In this document: one piece after another, positions 15,799 to 23,853 of the stretch
How the letters are laid out: each line of letters starts with the position of its first letter
Numbering within the stretch: the first letter of the stretch is position 1
Program-made: the position numbers and the translations under genes
NCBI GenBank assembly: GCA_965221775.1
Contig: CBDCSU010000002.1
Location: forward strand, 1-29,627
From: Candidatus Latescibacterota bacterium
GTDB taxonomy: Bacteria; Latescibacterota; UBA2968; UBA8231
DNA length: 29,627 nt
Direction of reading: 5' to 3'
The notes under the pieces: model-generated
Databases searched by the model: none
What the model saw: the letters and a program-made list of their open reading frames with translations, nothing else
Told to the model about the DNA's origin: nothing

Positions 15799-17162
15799 CC
15801 GCGACCCCTCCCACTTCCTCGATCCGCCCCGAGCCGGCCACCACCCGCCTGGACCGGATGCTGACCGACACCGACGTGGGCAGCGTCTTCGTCTCCAACT
15901 ACCCTCCCTACTCCTTCTGGCGCGCCGACGAGGTGCCCGCCGCCGAGGCGGTGCTGCAGTCCGCCCCGGGCCCCACCCCTCCCGACCTCGGCCTCTACCT
16001 GCACATCCCCTTCTGCCGCAAGCGCTGCAAGTTCTGCTACTTCCGCGTCTACGTGGACCGCAACGCCGGCGAGATCCGGCGCTACCTCGACGCACTCGGG
16101 CGCGAGATCGAGATCTACGCCGAGCGGTCGCGGATCGCTGGCCGGCCCCTGCGGTTCGTCTACTTCGGCGGCGGCACCCCCTCCTACATCAGCGCCCGGG
16201 ACCTGCGCTCCCTGGCCGCCCGCGCCAAGTCCGCCATGTCCTGGGACGAGGCCGGCGAGATCGCCTTCGAGTGCGAGCCCGGGACCCTCACCGAGGCCAA
16301 GGTCGCCGCCATCGCCGAGATCGGGGTCACGCGCCTGAGCCTGGGCGTGGAGCACCTGAACGACGAGGTCCTGCGCGAGAACGGCCGCGCCCACGTGAGC
16401 CGCGAGGTCTACCGGTCGATGCCCTGGATCCGCGCCGCCGGCTTCCGCCAGGTCAACGTCGACCTCATGGCCGGCCTGGTCTCCGACACCTGGGAGAGCT
16501 GGCGCGACACGGTGGAGCGCGCCGTCGATCTCGACGCCGACAGCATCACCATCTACCAGATGGAGCTGCCGTACAACACCCTCTACTCGAAGGCGATCTC
16601 CGAGGGCCGGCGGCGGGAGCTGATCCTGGCCGACTGGCGGACGAAGCGGGAGTGGCACGCCCACGCCATCGAGGCCCTGACCGCCGCCGGGTACGAGCAG
16701 ACCAGCGCCTACACCCTGGTGCGCAAGGGCCGGCCGGCGGAGTTCCTCTACCGCGACGCCCTGTGGCGCGGCAGCGACATGATCGGCGCCGGCGTCTCCT
16801 CCATCTCCCACGTGGGGGGCGTGCACTTCCAGAACGCGGACCGTTGGGAGGAGTACCTAGGGGCCCTCGACGAGGACCGCCTGGCCATCGGCCGCGCCCT
16901 GCCCACCACCGCCGCGCAGCGGCTGGTGCGCGAGATGATCCTGCAGCTCAAGCTCGGGAGCATCCGCCCTGCCTGCTTCCGGGAGAAGTTCGGCGTCGAC
17001 GTGCTCGCCGAGTTCGAGTCCGCCTGGGCGACCCTGGAGGCCGAAGGGATGCTCACCGCTGCCCCCGAAGAGGTGGGGCTGACGCCGGCAGGGATGTTGC
17101 GCGTCGATCAGCTTCTGCCCCTGTTCTACGCACCCGAGTTCCGGAACGCACGATACACCTGA
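15795..17162 (+). CDS. HemN/coproporphyrinogen III oxidase-like radical SAM enzyme
   Basis: LYLHIPFCRKRCKFCYF (CxxxCxxC), YFGGGTPS, RLSLGV, NVDLMAGL. ATGA overlap at the start. Confidence 0.9.
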   Translation: MTATPPTSSIRPEPATTRLDRMLTDTDVGSVFVSNYPPYSFWRADEVPAAEAVLQSAPGPTPPDLGLYLHIPFCRKRCKFCYFRVYVDRNAGEIRRYLDALGREIEIYAERSRIAGRPLRFVYFGGGTPSYISARDLRSLAARAKSAMSWDEAGEIAFECEPGTLTEAKVAAIAEIGVTRLSLGVEHLNDEVLRENGRAHVSREVYRSMPWIRAAGFRQVNVDLMAGLVSDTWESWRDTVERAVDLDADSITIYQMELPYNTLYSKAISEGRRRELILADWRTKREWHAHAIEALTAAGYEQTSAYTLVRKGRPAEFLYRDALWRGSDMIGAGVSSISHVGGVHFQNADRWEEYLGALDEDRLAIGRALPTTAAQRLVREMILQLKLGSIRPACFREKFGVDVLAEFESAWATLEAEGMLTAAPEEVGLTPAGMLRVDQLLPLFYAPEFRNARYT

Positions 17163-18436
17163 TGGAGTCACCCACCGTGAACCGACCTGCCGCGCCGCGC
17201 GCACCCCTCCACCGGATCGCGCTGATCGCTCTCGCCCTCGCCGCCGCGGCCGCCGCCCCGGCCGAGGAACCACCTCCCGCCGCGGACTGGCCCCAGTTCC
17301 TCGGCCCCCACCGCAGCGGTTCCGTCGAGGACAGCGTCGCCGTGTGGCCGGACGAGGGCCCCGCCGTCCTCTGGCGGCGCCCGGCGGGCGACGGGTTCTC
17401 CGGCATCGCCGTGGCCGGCGGCCGCGCCTTCACCCTGTGGACGGAGGGCCAGCGCGAGTACCTGTTCTGCCTGGACGCCGGCGACGGCAGCGAGCTGTGG
17501 CGCCTCGACACGGGGGGCAAGTACTTCGAGCCCCAGGGCGGCAACGGCCCGCGCAGCACCCCCTCGGTGGCCGGCGGCCACGTGTACGCCCTCGGGGCCA
17601 CGGGCCGGCTGGTGGCGGTGCACGCCGCCACGGGGGAGCTGGCGTGGAGCGCCGACCTGCCCTCGACCTTCGGCGGCGGCATGCCGCGCTGGGGGTTCTC
17701 CGGGTCCCCCCTCGTGGAGGGCGACCTGCTGCTGGTGGAGACGGCGGGCGGCAAGGGCCGCGCCCTGGGCGCCCTGAACCGCTTCACCGGCGAGGTCGTC
17801 TGGAGCGCCCACAGCGACCCGGGCAGCTACAGCTCGCCCGTGGCCGCCGACCTGGCGGGCGTGCGCCAGGCCGTGTTCTTCATGCGCACCGGGCTGGTGG
17901 CGGTGGCCCCGGCCGACGGCCGCCTGCTGTGGCGCCGCGAGTGGGAAACCCCGTACGACGTCCACGCCACGACCCCCCTGCTGATCCCCCCCGACGGCGT
18001 GTTCATCTCCAGCGGCTACGACAAGGGAGCGGCCCTGGTCCGGGTCACCCGCGACGGCGAGGCGTGGAAGGCCGAGACGGTCTGGACCTCTCGCTTCATG
18101 TCCAACCGCATGGCCACCAGCGTCTACGCCGGCGGCCATCTCTACGGCTTCGACGGCACCATCCTCAAGTGCATCTCCGCGGCCACCGGCGCCGAGGCGT
18201 GGAAGGCCCGGGGATACGGCGAGGGCACGCTGATGCGCGCCGGGGAGATGCTCGTGGTGCTCTCCGACCGGGGCGCCCTGGCCCTGGTGCGGGCCGACCC
18301 GAAGGCCCACCAGGAGCTGGCCCGCGCCCAGGTCCTCGAGGGCAAGCGCTGCTGGACCGCCCCCACCCTGGCCGGCGGACGCCTCTTCGTTCGCGACGAC
18401 CGCGAGGTCGTCTGCGTCGACCTGACCCCGGGCTGA
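17162..18436 (+). CDS. Secreted PQQ-like beta-propeller protein
   Basis: TGATG coupling. Signal peptide, ADWPQFLGP, GPRSTP, GFSGSP, SYSSP, CWTAPTLAGGRLFVRD. Confidence 0.88.
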   Translation: MESPTVNRPAAPRAPLHRIALIALALAAAAAAPAEEPPPAADWPQFLGPHRSGSVEDSVAVWPDEGPAVLWRRPAGDGFSGIAVAGGRAFTLWTEGQREYLFCLDAGDGSELWRLDTGGKYFEPQGGNGPRSTPSVAGGHVYALGATGRLVAVHAATGELAWSADLPSTFGGGMPRWGFSGSPLVEGDLLLVETAGGKGRALGALNRFTGEVVWSAHSDPGSYSSPVAADLAGVRQAVFFMRTGLVAVAPADGRLLWRREWETPYDVHATTPLLIPPDGVFISSGYDKGAALVRVTRDGEAWKAETVWTSRFMSNRMATSVYAGGHLYGFDGTILKCISAATGAEAWKARGYGEGTLMRAGEMLVVLSDRGALALVRADPKAHQELARAQVLEGKRCWTAPTLAGGRLFVRDDREVVCVDLTPG

Positions 18437-18493
18437 GAGCGTGGTCACCGGGACGCACTCCGGCTCCGGCGGCAACCCGGTGACCGCCCTCTC
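18435..18493. repeat. Intergenic inverted repeat (18-bp stem, 23-nt loop)
   Basis: GAGAGCGTGGTCACCGGG (18435-18452) versus CCCGGTGACCGCCCTCTC (18476-18493): 16 of 18 Watson-Crick pairs plus one G-U. No U-tract. Confidence 0.7.
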
Positions 18494-18517
18494 CTCGCCT
18501 GGCGGAGACCGGTCCCC

Positions 18518-19774
18518 GTGACCGATCCCCTGCCGCGGCTGCGGCGCCTCCTCGCCGAGGTGCTGGAGAGCAACCCCTTCTACGGCCCGCGGCTGCGCGC
18601 CGCCGGCGTGCGCTCCCCCGGCGACGTGTCGAGCCTGGCCGACTACCGGCGACTGCCCTTCACCACCAAGGAGGAGCTCTCCCTCGACCAGGCCCGGCAC
18701 CCTCCCTACGGCACCAACCTCACCTGGCCCCTCGAACGCTACGTGCGCCTCCACCAGACCTCCGGCACCACCGGCCGGCGGCTGCGCTGGCTCGACACGC
18801 AGGACGGCTGGGACTGGTTCACCGGGTGCTGGATGGAGGTCTACCGCGGGGCCGACGTGCGCGCCTCGGACCGCATCTTCTTCGCCTTCTCCTTCGCCCC
18901 CTTCATCGGCTTCTGGACCGCCTTCGACGCCGCCGTCCGCATGGGCGCCATGGCGGTCCCCGGCGGCGGCATGTCCTCGGTGCAGCGCCTGGAGGCCCTG
19001 GCCGCCAACGACGCCACCGTCCTCGTGTGCACGCCCACCTACGCCCTGCACCTGGCCGGCGTCGCCCGCCACCAGGGCCTGGACCCGGCGGCCACGGCGG
19101 TGCGCACCACCATCCACGCCGGCGAGCCGGGAGCCTCTCTGCCGGCCACGCGGGCGCGCATCGAGCAGGCCTGGGGGGCGCGCTGCTTCGACCACGCCGG
19201 GGCCACCGAGGTCGGCGCCTGGGGCTTCGAGTGCGGGCAGCAGGACGGCCTGCACCTCAACGAGGACGAGTTCCTCTGCGAGATCCTCGAGCCGGGCACG
19301 GACCGGCCCGCCGACGAGGGCGAGCTGGTGGTCACCAACCTCGGCCGCACCGGCTCCCCCGTGATCCGCTACCGCACCGGCGACCGCGTGCGCTGGCACC
19401 AGTCCGACTCCTGCCCCTGCGGACGGAACTGGCGGCGCCTCGACGGCGGCGTCATCGGCCGCTTGGACGACGCCCTGCTCGTGCGCGGCGTCAACCTCTA
19501 TCCGGGCGCCATCGAGAACGTGGTGCGCCGCTTCCCCGAGGTGGAGGAGTTCGCCGTCCACGTGCGCCGGCCGGGCGATCTGGACGAGCTGGAGATCGAG
19601 GTCGAGGTGAACGCCGGGGGCCAGGGAGCCGCCGACGTGGTGGAGGCCCTGACGGCGGCGGCCCACCAGGAGCTGGCCGTGCGGCCGCGGGTGAGCGCGG
19701 TGGACCCGGGCCGCCTGCCCCGCTTCGAGCTGAAGGCGCGGCGCGTCACCGACCATCGAAGGGCGGACTCGTGA
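18518..19774 (+). CDS. Phenylacetate-CoA ligase (PaaK) family protein
   Basis: LPFTTKEEL, HQTSGTTG, CTPTYALHL, AGEPG, GATEVG, GELVVTNL, IRYRTGD, GRLDD..VRGVNLYP, KARRV.D. Confidence 0.9.
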   Translation: MTDPLPRLRRLLAEVLESNPFYGPRLRAAGVRSPGDVSSLADYRRLPFTTKEELSLDQARHPPYGTNLTWPLERYVRLHQTSGTTGRRLRWLDTQDGWDWFTGCWMEVYRGADVRASDRIFFAFSFAPFIGFWTAFDAAVRMGAMAVPGGGMSSVQRLEALAANDATVLVCTPTYALHLAGVARHQGLDPAATAVRTTIHAGEPGASLPATRARIEQAWGARCFDHAGATEVGAWGFECGQQDGLHLNEDEFLCEILEPGTDRPADEGELVVTNLGRTGSPVIRYRTGDRVRWHQSDSCPCGRNWRRLDGGVIGRLDDALLVRGVNLYPGAIENVVRRFPEVEEFAVHVRRPGDLDELEIEVEVNAGGQGAADVVEALTAAAHQELAVRPRVSAVDPGRLPRFELKARRVTDHRRADS

Positions 19775-21015
19775 AGGACCGCTACGACATCGTGATCGCC
19801 GGCGGCGGTCCGGCGGGGGCCACGGTGGCGGCCCTGGTGGCCGAGGGCGGGTACAGCGTCCTGCTGGTGGAGCGGGAGCCCACGCCCCCCTTCAAGGTGG
19901 GCGAGTCCCTCATGCCGGCGACATGGTGGACCTTCCGGCGGCTGGGCCTGCTGGAGCAGCTACGGGCCAGCGCCTTCCCGAGGAAGCACAGCGTCCAGTT
20001 CTTCGGCGGCTCGGGCCGCGCCTCGGCGCCGTTCTACTTCTCCGAGTTCGACCCCGGCGAGAGCGCCGTGACCTGGCAGGTCCTGCGCAGCGACTTCGAC
20101 GCCATGATGCTGGACAACGCCCGCGCCAAGGGAGCCGAAATCGTGCAGGGCGCCATGGTCCTCGACGTGCTCCTCGACGGCGAGAAGGCCACGGGCGTGC
20201 GCGTCCGCGAGCCCGGCGGCGCCGTGCGCGAGATCGACGCCGCCGTCACCGTCGACGCCACCGGCCAGAGCGCCCTGCTGGCGCGCCGGCTGCAGCTGGC
20301 CGAGACCGAGCCGAATCTGAGGAAGGCCTCCCTCTTCACCCACTTCTCCGGGGCCCTGCGCGACGAGGGCATCGACGAGGGCGCCACCCTGATCCTGCAC
20401 ACCCGCGAGAAGGACTCCTGGTTCTGGTACATCCCCCTGCCCGACGACCGCGTCAGCGTCGGCGTCGTGGGCGACCGCGACTACCTGCTGCGCCGCGGCG
20501 GGCGGCCCAACCCCCAGCGCGTCTTCGAGGAGGAGCTGGCCGCCTGCCCCGCCTTGCAGGAACGGCTCGCCCCCGCGCGGCAGGTGCTGCCCATGAAGGT
20601 CACCCGCGACTTCTCCTACCGTTCCCGCCGCATCGCCGGCGACGGCTGGGTGCTGGTGGGCGACGCCTTCGGCTTCCTCGACCCCATCTACTCCTCCGGC
20701 GTGTTGCTCGCGCTGAAGTCCGGCGAGATGGCCGCCGACGCCATCCTCGCGGCCTTGGCCGACGGCGAGCCCACCGCCGAGCGCCTGGGCGCCTTCGGAC
20801 CCGACTTCACCCGCGGCATGGAGGCCGTGCGCAAGCTGGTCTACGCTTTCTACACCAAGGAGTTCAGCTTCGCCGAGTTCCTCCAGGCTCACCCCCACTG
20901 CAAGCGCGGTCTGGTGGACATCCTCAGCGGCAACCTCTACGAGGAGAGGGTGCACGAGATCTTCGAGCCCATGGGCGGGAGTTGTCCGCTGCCGGAGGAC
21001 ATGTCGTTGAGGTGA
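19771..21015 (+). CDS. FAD-dependent oxidoreductase, flavin-dependent halogenase-like
   Basis: GTGA coupling. GGGPAG, KVGESL, FPRK (putative catalytic Lys), DATG, WFWYIP (WxWxIP), VGDA.GFLDPIYSSGV. Confidence 0.8.
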   Translation: MKDRYDIVIAGGGPAGATVAALVAEGGYSVLLVEREPTPPFKVGESLMPATWWTFRRLGLLEQLRASAFPRKHSVQFFGGSGRASAPFYFSEFDPGESAVTWQVLRSDFDAMMLDNARAKGAEIVQGAMVLDVLLDGEKATGVRVREPGGAVREIDAAVTVDATGQSALLARRLQLAETEPNLRKASLFTHFSGALRDEGIDEGATLILHTREKDSWFWYIPLPDDRVSVGVVGDRDYLLRRGGRPNPQRVFEEELAACPALQERLAPARQVLPMKVTRDFSYRSRRIAGDGWVLVGDAFGFLDPIYSSGVLLALKSGEMAADAILAALADGEPTAERLGAFGPDFTRGMEAVRKLVYAFYTKEFSFAEFLQAHPHCKRGLVDILSGNLYEERVHEIFEPMGGSCPLPEDMSLR

Positions 21016-21080
21016 GAGGGCAGGTGCCTTGTGCTCAGGACACTGCAACATCATCGGCGATCGGCTGACTGAGCCCCCAT

Positions 21081-21566
21081 ATGGCATCGGTCTACTTGGA
21101 GACGTCGATCGTCAGTTACCTGACCGCACGCCCAAGTCCCAGCCCCTTGGTTGCGGCCTGGCAGGAGGTGACGGCGTGGTGGTGGAATAACTGTCGCCAA
21201 GAATTCGATCTATACACTTCGGCCTTGGTGCTCGAGGAAGCCAGCCGCGGTGATCGGGAAGCGGCGGAACGCAGGACGGAGCCTCTCCAGGGGATCCCCT
21301 TGCTGGTCGTGTCCGACCGAGTCGTCGAGTTCGCCGAGAGGCTGATAGCTCCGGGTCCGTTGCCCCTCCGAGCCGCCGATGACGCGCTTCACATCGCTCT
21401 ATCTGTAGTACACGCCGTTGACTATCTTCTCACTTGGAACTTCAGACACATCGACAATGCCCTGATCAAGCCCCGGATTCGAGAGCTCTGTGCCACCCAT
21501 GGGTATCCGTGTCCCGAGATATGCACTCCCCAGGAGATGGTAGGAGGACCGCTTGAAGACGGATGA
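21081..21566 (+). CDS. PIN-domain protein (VapC-like toxin)
   Basis: VYLETSIVSYL..RPS, LVLEEASRGD, DDALHIA, YLLTWNFRHI.NA, ICTPQE. Visibly lower GC than its neighbours. Confidence 0.85.
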   Translation: MASVYLETSIVSYLTARPSPSPLVAAWQEVTAWWWNNCRQEFDLYTSALVLEEASRGDREAAERRTEPLQGIPLLVVSDRVVEFAERLIAPGPLPLRAADDALHIALSVVHAVDYLLTWNFRHIDNALIKPRIRELCATHGYPCPEICTPQEMVGGPLEDG

Positions 21567-21738
21567 AGTCATGGCCGCCTTGTGGAAGATCAAGGAAGAA
21601 ATCGCTCGCGAGAACGGCTATGATCTCGAACGCCTGGGCGCCATGCTCCAAGAGAAAGAGCGTATCCACGGAGTTGTATCCAGGGCTCCTTCCAGAAGGG
21701 ACCGCCGGCCTGACACCGAAGGGCGCGAAGTCTCGTAG
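21553..21738 (+). CDS. Small protein, probable antitoxin partner of the PIN protein
   Basis: AGGAGG RBS before TTG 21553. DEVMAALWKIKEEIARENGYDL resembles the small helical proteins found downstream of this PIN family. Confidence 0.6.
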   Translation: MKTDEVMAALWKIKEEIARENGYDLERLGAMLQEKERIHGVVSRAPSRRDRRPDTEGREVS

Positions 21739-21841
21739 AAGCACCCTCCTGGCCGCTCCAAGTGCCTGAGCTGGCCATCTCCTCTCACCGTTGCCCTGCA
21801 TTCCGGTCGGACAGGGCCTCCCCAGGCCCGGTTACTTCCAC

Positions 21842-23128
21842 GTGACCCGCAGACCCACCCTACCCGGAACAAACGGCCTCGCCGCCTGCCTGATCGCCGC
21901 GAGTCTCCTCGCCGCCTCTCCCGCCCCGGCCGCGGACTGGCCCCAGTGGCGGGGCCCCGAGCGGGACGGCCGCGCCCCCGGTTTCCAGGCTCCGGCCGCC
22001 TGGCCGGACAGCCTTCGCCGCGAGTGGCACACCGAGGTCGGCGAGGGGCATGCCGGGCCTGTCGTCGTGGGCAACCGCGTGTACGTGCACGCCCGCCTCG
22101 ACGACCTGGAAACCCTCTCCTGCCTGTCCCTGGCCTCGGGCGAGGTGCTGTGGCGGCAGACGAACCCGGCGCCCTACGAGATGCACCCGGCGGCCCTGGG
22201 GCACGGCAAGGGCCCCAAGTCGACGCCGGCCGTTGCCGGGGGCCGCATCTTCACCCTGGGCATCACCGGCATCCTGTCCTCCCACGACGCGGCCAGCGGA
22301 GAGCTGCTGTGGCGCTGGGACTCCGAGGGCCGCTTCCCCGCCACGGCCCCGCTCTTCGGGACGGCTACCTCTCCCCTGGTCGTCGGAGATCTCGTGGTCG
22401 CTCACTTGGGCGGTCCCGGCCGCGGGGCCCTGCTGGCGCTGGCCGCCGACAGCGGCGAGGAGCGCTGGCGCTGGGAGGGGGACGGCCCAGGATACGCCTC
22501 TCCCTTGGTGGTCGACGCCGGGGGCCCGGTACTCGTGACCCAGTCGGAGCGGTTCTGCCTCGCCCTCGACGCGGCCACCGGCAAGGAGCTGTGGCGCCTC
22601 CCCTTCACCACTCCGTACGACCAGAACATCGTCACGCCCGTTCTCCTCGGGCCGGGGACGGTGGCTTTGTCGGGCTTGGAGCAAGGCACCCTGAGTCTTC
22701 GCTTTGATCGAGACGGGACCGGCCTCCAGGCGCGGGAGCTGTGGCACAACCCGCAGGACTGGCTCTACATGGCCTCGCCAGTGGTCTCCGGGGGCCGCCT
22801 CTTCGGATTGACGAGGAAATACCGGGGCCGGTTGTTCTGCCTGGACGCGGACACGGGCGAGAGGCTCTGGGAAGGTCCCGGGGAGTTGGGCGACAACGCC
22901 GTCCTCGTCGACCTGGGATCCGCCCTGCTGGTGCTGACCACCGGGGCCCGCCTGGCGGTGGTCTCCTCAACGGCGCCGGAGTTCAGCCTGCTTGCGGAGT
23001 ACCGCGTGGCCGAGAGTCCCACGTGGGCCCACCCGGCCGTGGCCGGCGAGCGGTTCCTCGTGAAGGACAGAACCCATCTCGCCTGCTGGCGGCTGCCCGC
23101 CGCCGAGACCGGGCAGGCCGCTCCCTGA
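21842..23128 (+). CDS. Secreted PQQ-like beta-propeller protein
   Basis: Signal peptide, ADWPQWRGP.RDG, GPKSTP, GYASP, YMASP, TWAHPAVAG. Start placed at GTG 21842; the ORF track's 21791 is also possible. Confidence 0.85.
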   Translation: MTRRPTLPGTNGLAACLIAASLLAASPAPAADWPQWRGPERDGRAPGFQAPAAWPDSLRREWHTEVGEGHAGPVVVGNRVYVHARLDDLETLSCLSLASGEVLWRQTNPAPYEMHPAALGHGKGPKSTPAVAGGRIFTLGITGILSSHDAASGELLWRWDSEGRFPATAPLFGTATSPLVVGDLVVAHLGGPGRGALLALAADSGEERWRWEGDGPGYASPLVVDAGGPVLVTQSERFCLALDAATGKELWRLPFTTPYDQNIVTPVLLGPGTVALSGLEQGTLSLRFDRDGTGLQARELWHNPQDWLYMASPVVSGGRLFGLTRKYRGRLFCLDADTGERLWEGPGELGDNAVLVDLGSALLVLTTGARLAVVSSTAPEFSLLAEYRVAESPTWAHPAVAGERFLVKDRTHLACWRLPAAETGQAAP

Positions 23129-23135
23129 GATGCCA
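23061..23135 (+). repeat. Direct repeat copy 1 (3' end of the propeller gene)
   Basis: TGAAGGACAGAACCCATCTCGCCTGCTGGCGGCTGCCCGCCG (42 bp) is identical to 23854-23895, followed by a similar tail ending CCCTGAGATGCCA. Confidence 0.95.
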
Positions 23136-23263
23136 CAGAAAGAGGGTCAGGGTGGACGAAGTGGTGGCACGGCGCCGCGGCTCTTACAAAGGGAGGATGC
23201 AGGAGATCTTCGAGCCAGTGGCCGTCGCCTGCAGGCTGTCGGAGGACCTGTCCCCTGAGGTGA
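23134..23263 (+). pseudogene. Degenerate copy of the 3' end of the halogenase-like gene (20896-21015)
   Basis: Translates HRKRVRVD...YKGRMQEIFEPVAVACRLSEDLS versus HCKRGLVD...YEERVHEIFEPMGGSCPLPEDMS. Shares GAGATCTTCGAGCC and the terminal TGAGGTGA. Confidence 0.8.
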
Positions 23264-23296
23264 ACGGGGAAGCTCTTCCGGGTTCAGGATGACAGA

Positions 23297-23623
23297 GTGA
23301 CCGGCCAAACGCTCCATAGAGTGATTCAACTGGTCCGCCAAGGCGAAGCAAGAGTGTCGGTACACGGGTACGATGAAATGGCGGCAGACGACATCAGAGT
23401 GCAGGATGTGGTTGAAGGGGTGGAAGATGCGATTATCGTTGAAGATTACCCCCACTACGCCAAGGGCCCCTGCGTGCTCGTCCTGCAGCACGACCGAGCA
23501 GGACAACCGATACACATTGTGTGGGGTATCCCTTCTGGACACACTTCACCAGCCGTCGTAGTAACGGCCTATCGCCCCAACGCACAGGATTGGGACGAGC
23601 ACTTCCTCAGGAGGCGTACGTGA
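23297..23623 (+). CDS. DUF4258-like protein (putative toxin)
   Basis: SVHGYDEM..DDI, IIVEDYP....GPCVLVL....G.PIHIVWG, VVVTAYRP...W...F..R. Lower GC. Confidence 0.75.
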   Translation: MTGQTLHRVIQLVRQGEARVSVHGYDEMAADDIRVQDVVEGVEDAIIVEDYPHYAKGPCVLVLQHDRAGQPIHIVWGIPSGHTSPAVVVTAYRPNAQDWDEHFLRRRT

Positions 23624-23835
23624 TGAGCAAACCCACCACGAAACTGCTGCGTGTAGGGGAGTATGCTGCGGAGGTGGAAGTGGAACTGATCGAAGGGGGG
23701 GCGGGATGGCCGCCTTATCTGACCGTGGAGGACGCCTACAAGCTCGATGATGTTCGTGAGGCTCTGAGGGTTGGTGATCTGGAGCACGCAGCCCGGATGG
23801 CCCGGGTATTCCGCCTGACTCCCATTGGGGCATGA
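23623..23835 (+). CDS. Small hypothetical protein, probable partner/antitoxin of the DUF4258-like protein
   Basis: TGATG coupling with RBS AGGAGG. 70 aa, KLLRVGEYAAEVEVELI...W.PYL..EDAYKLDDVREALR.GD. Confidence 0.65.
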   Translation: MSKPTTKLLRVGEYAAEVEVELIEGGAGWPPYLTVEDAYKLDDVREALRVGDLEHAARMARVFRLTPIGA

Positions 23836-23853
23836 GCGCCCTGCTCTGCTTGC

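Noticed and set aside
18518-19774. Phenylacetate catabolism (paa) operon
   Set aside because: No paaABCDE, paaZ or beta-oxidation genes are present, so only the family-level call is kept.
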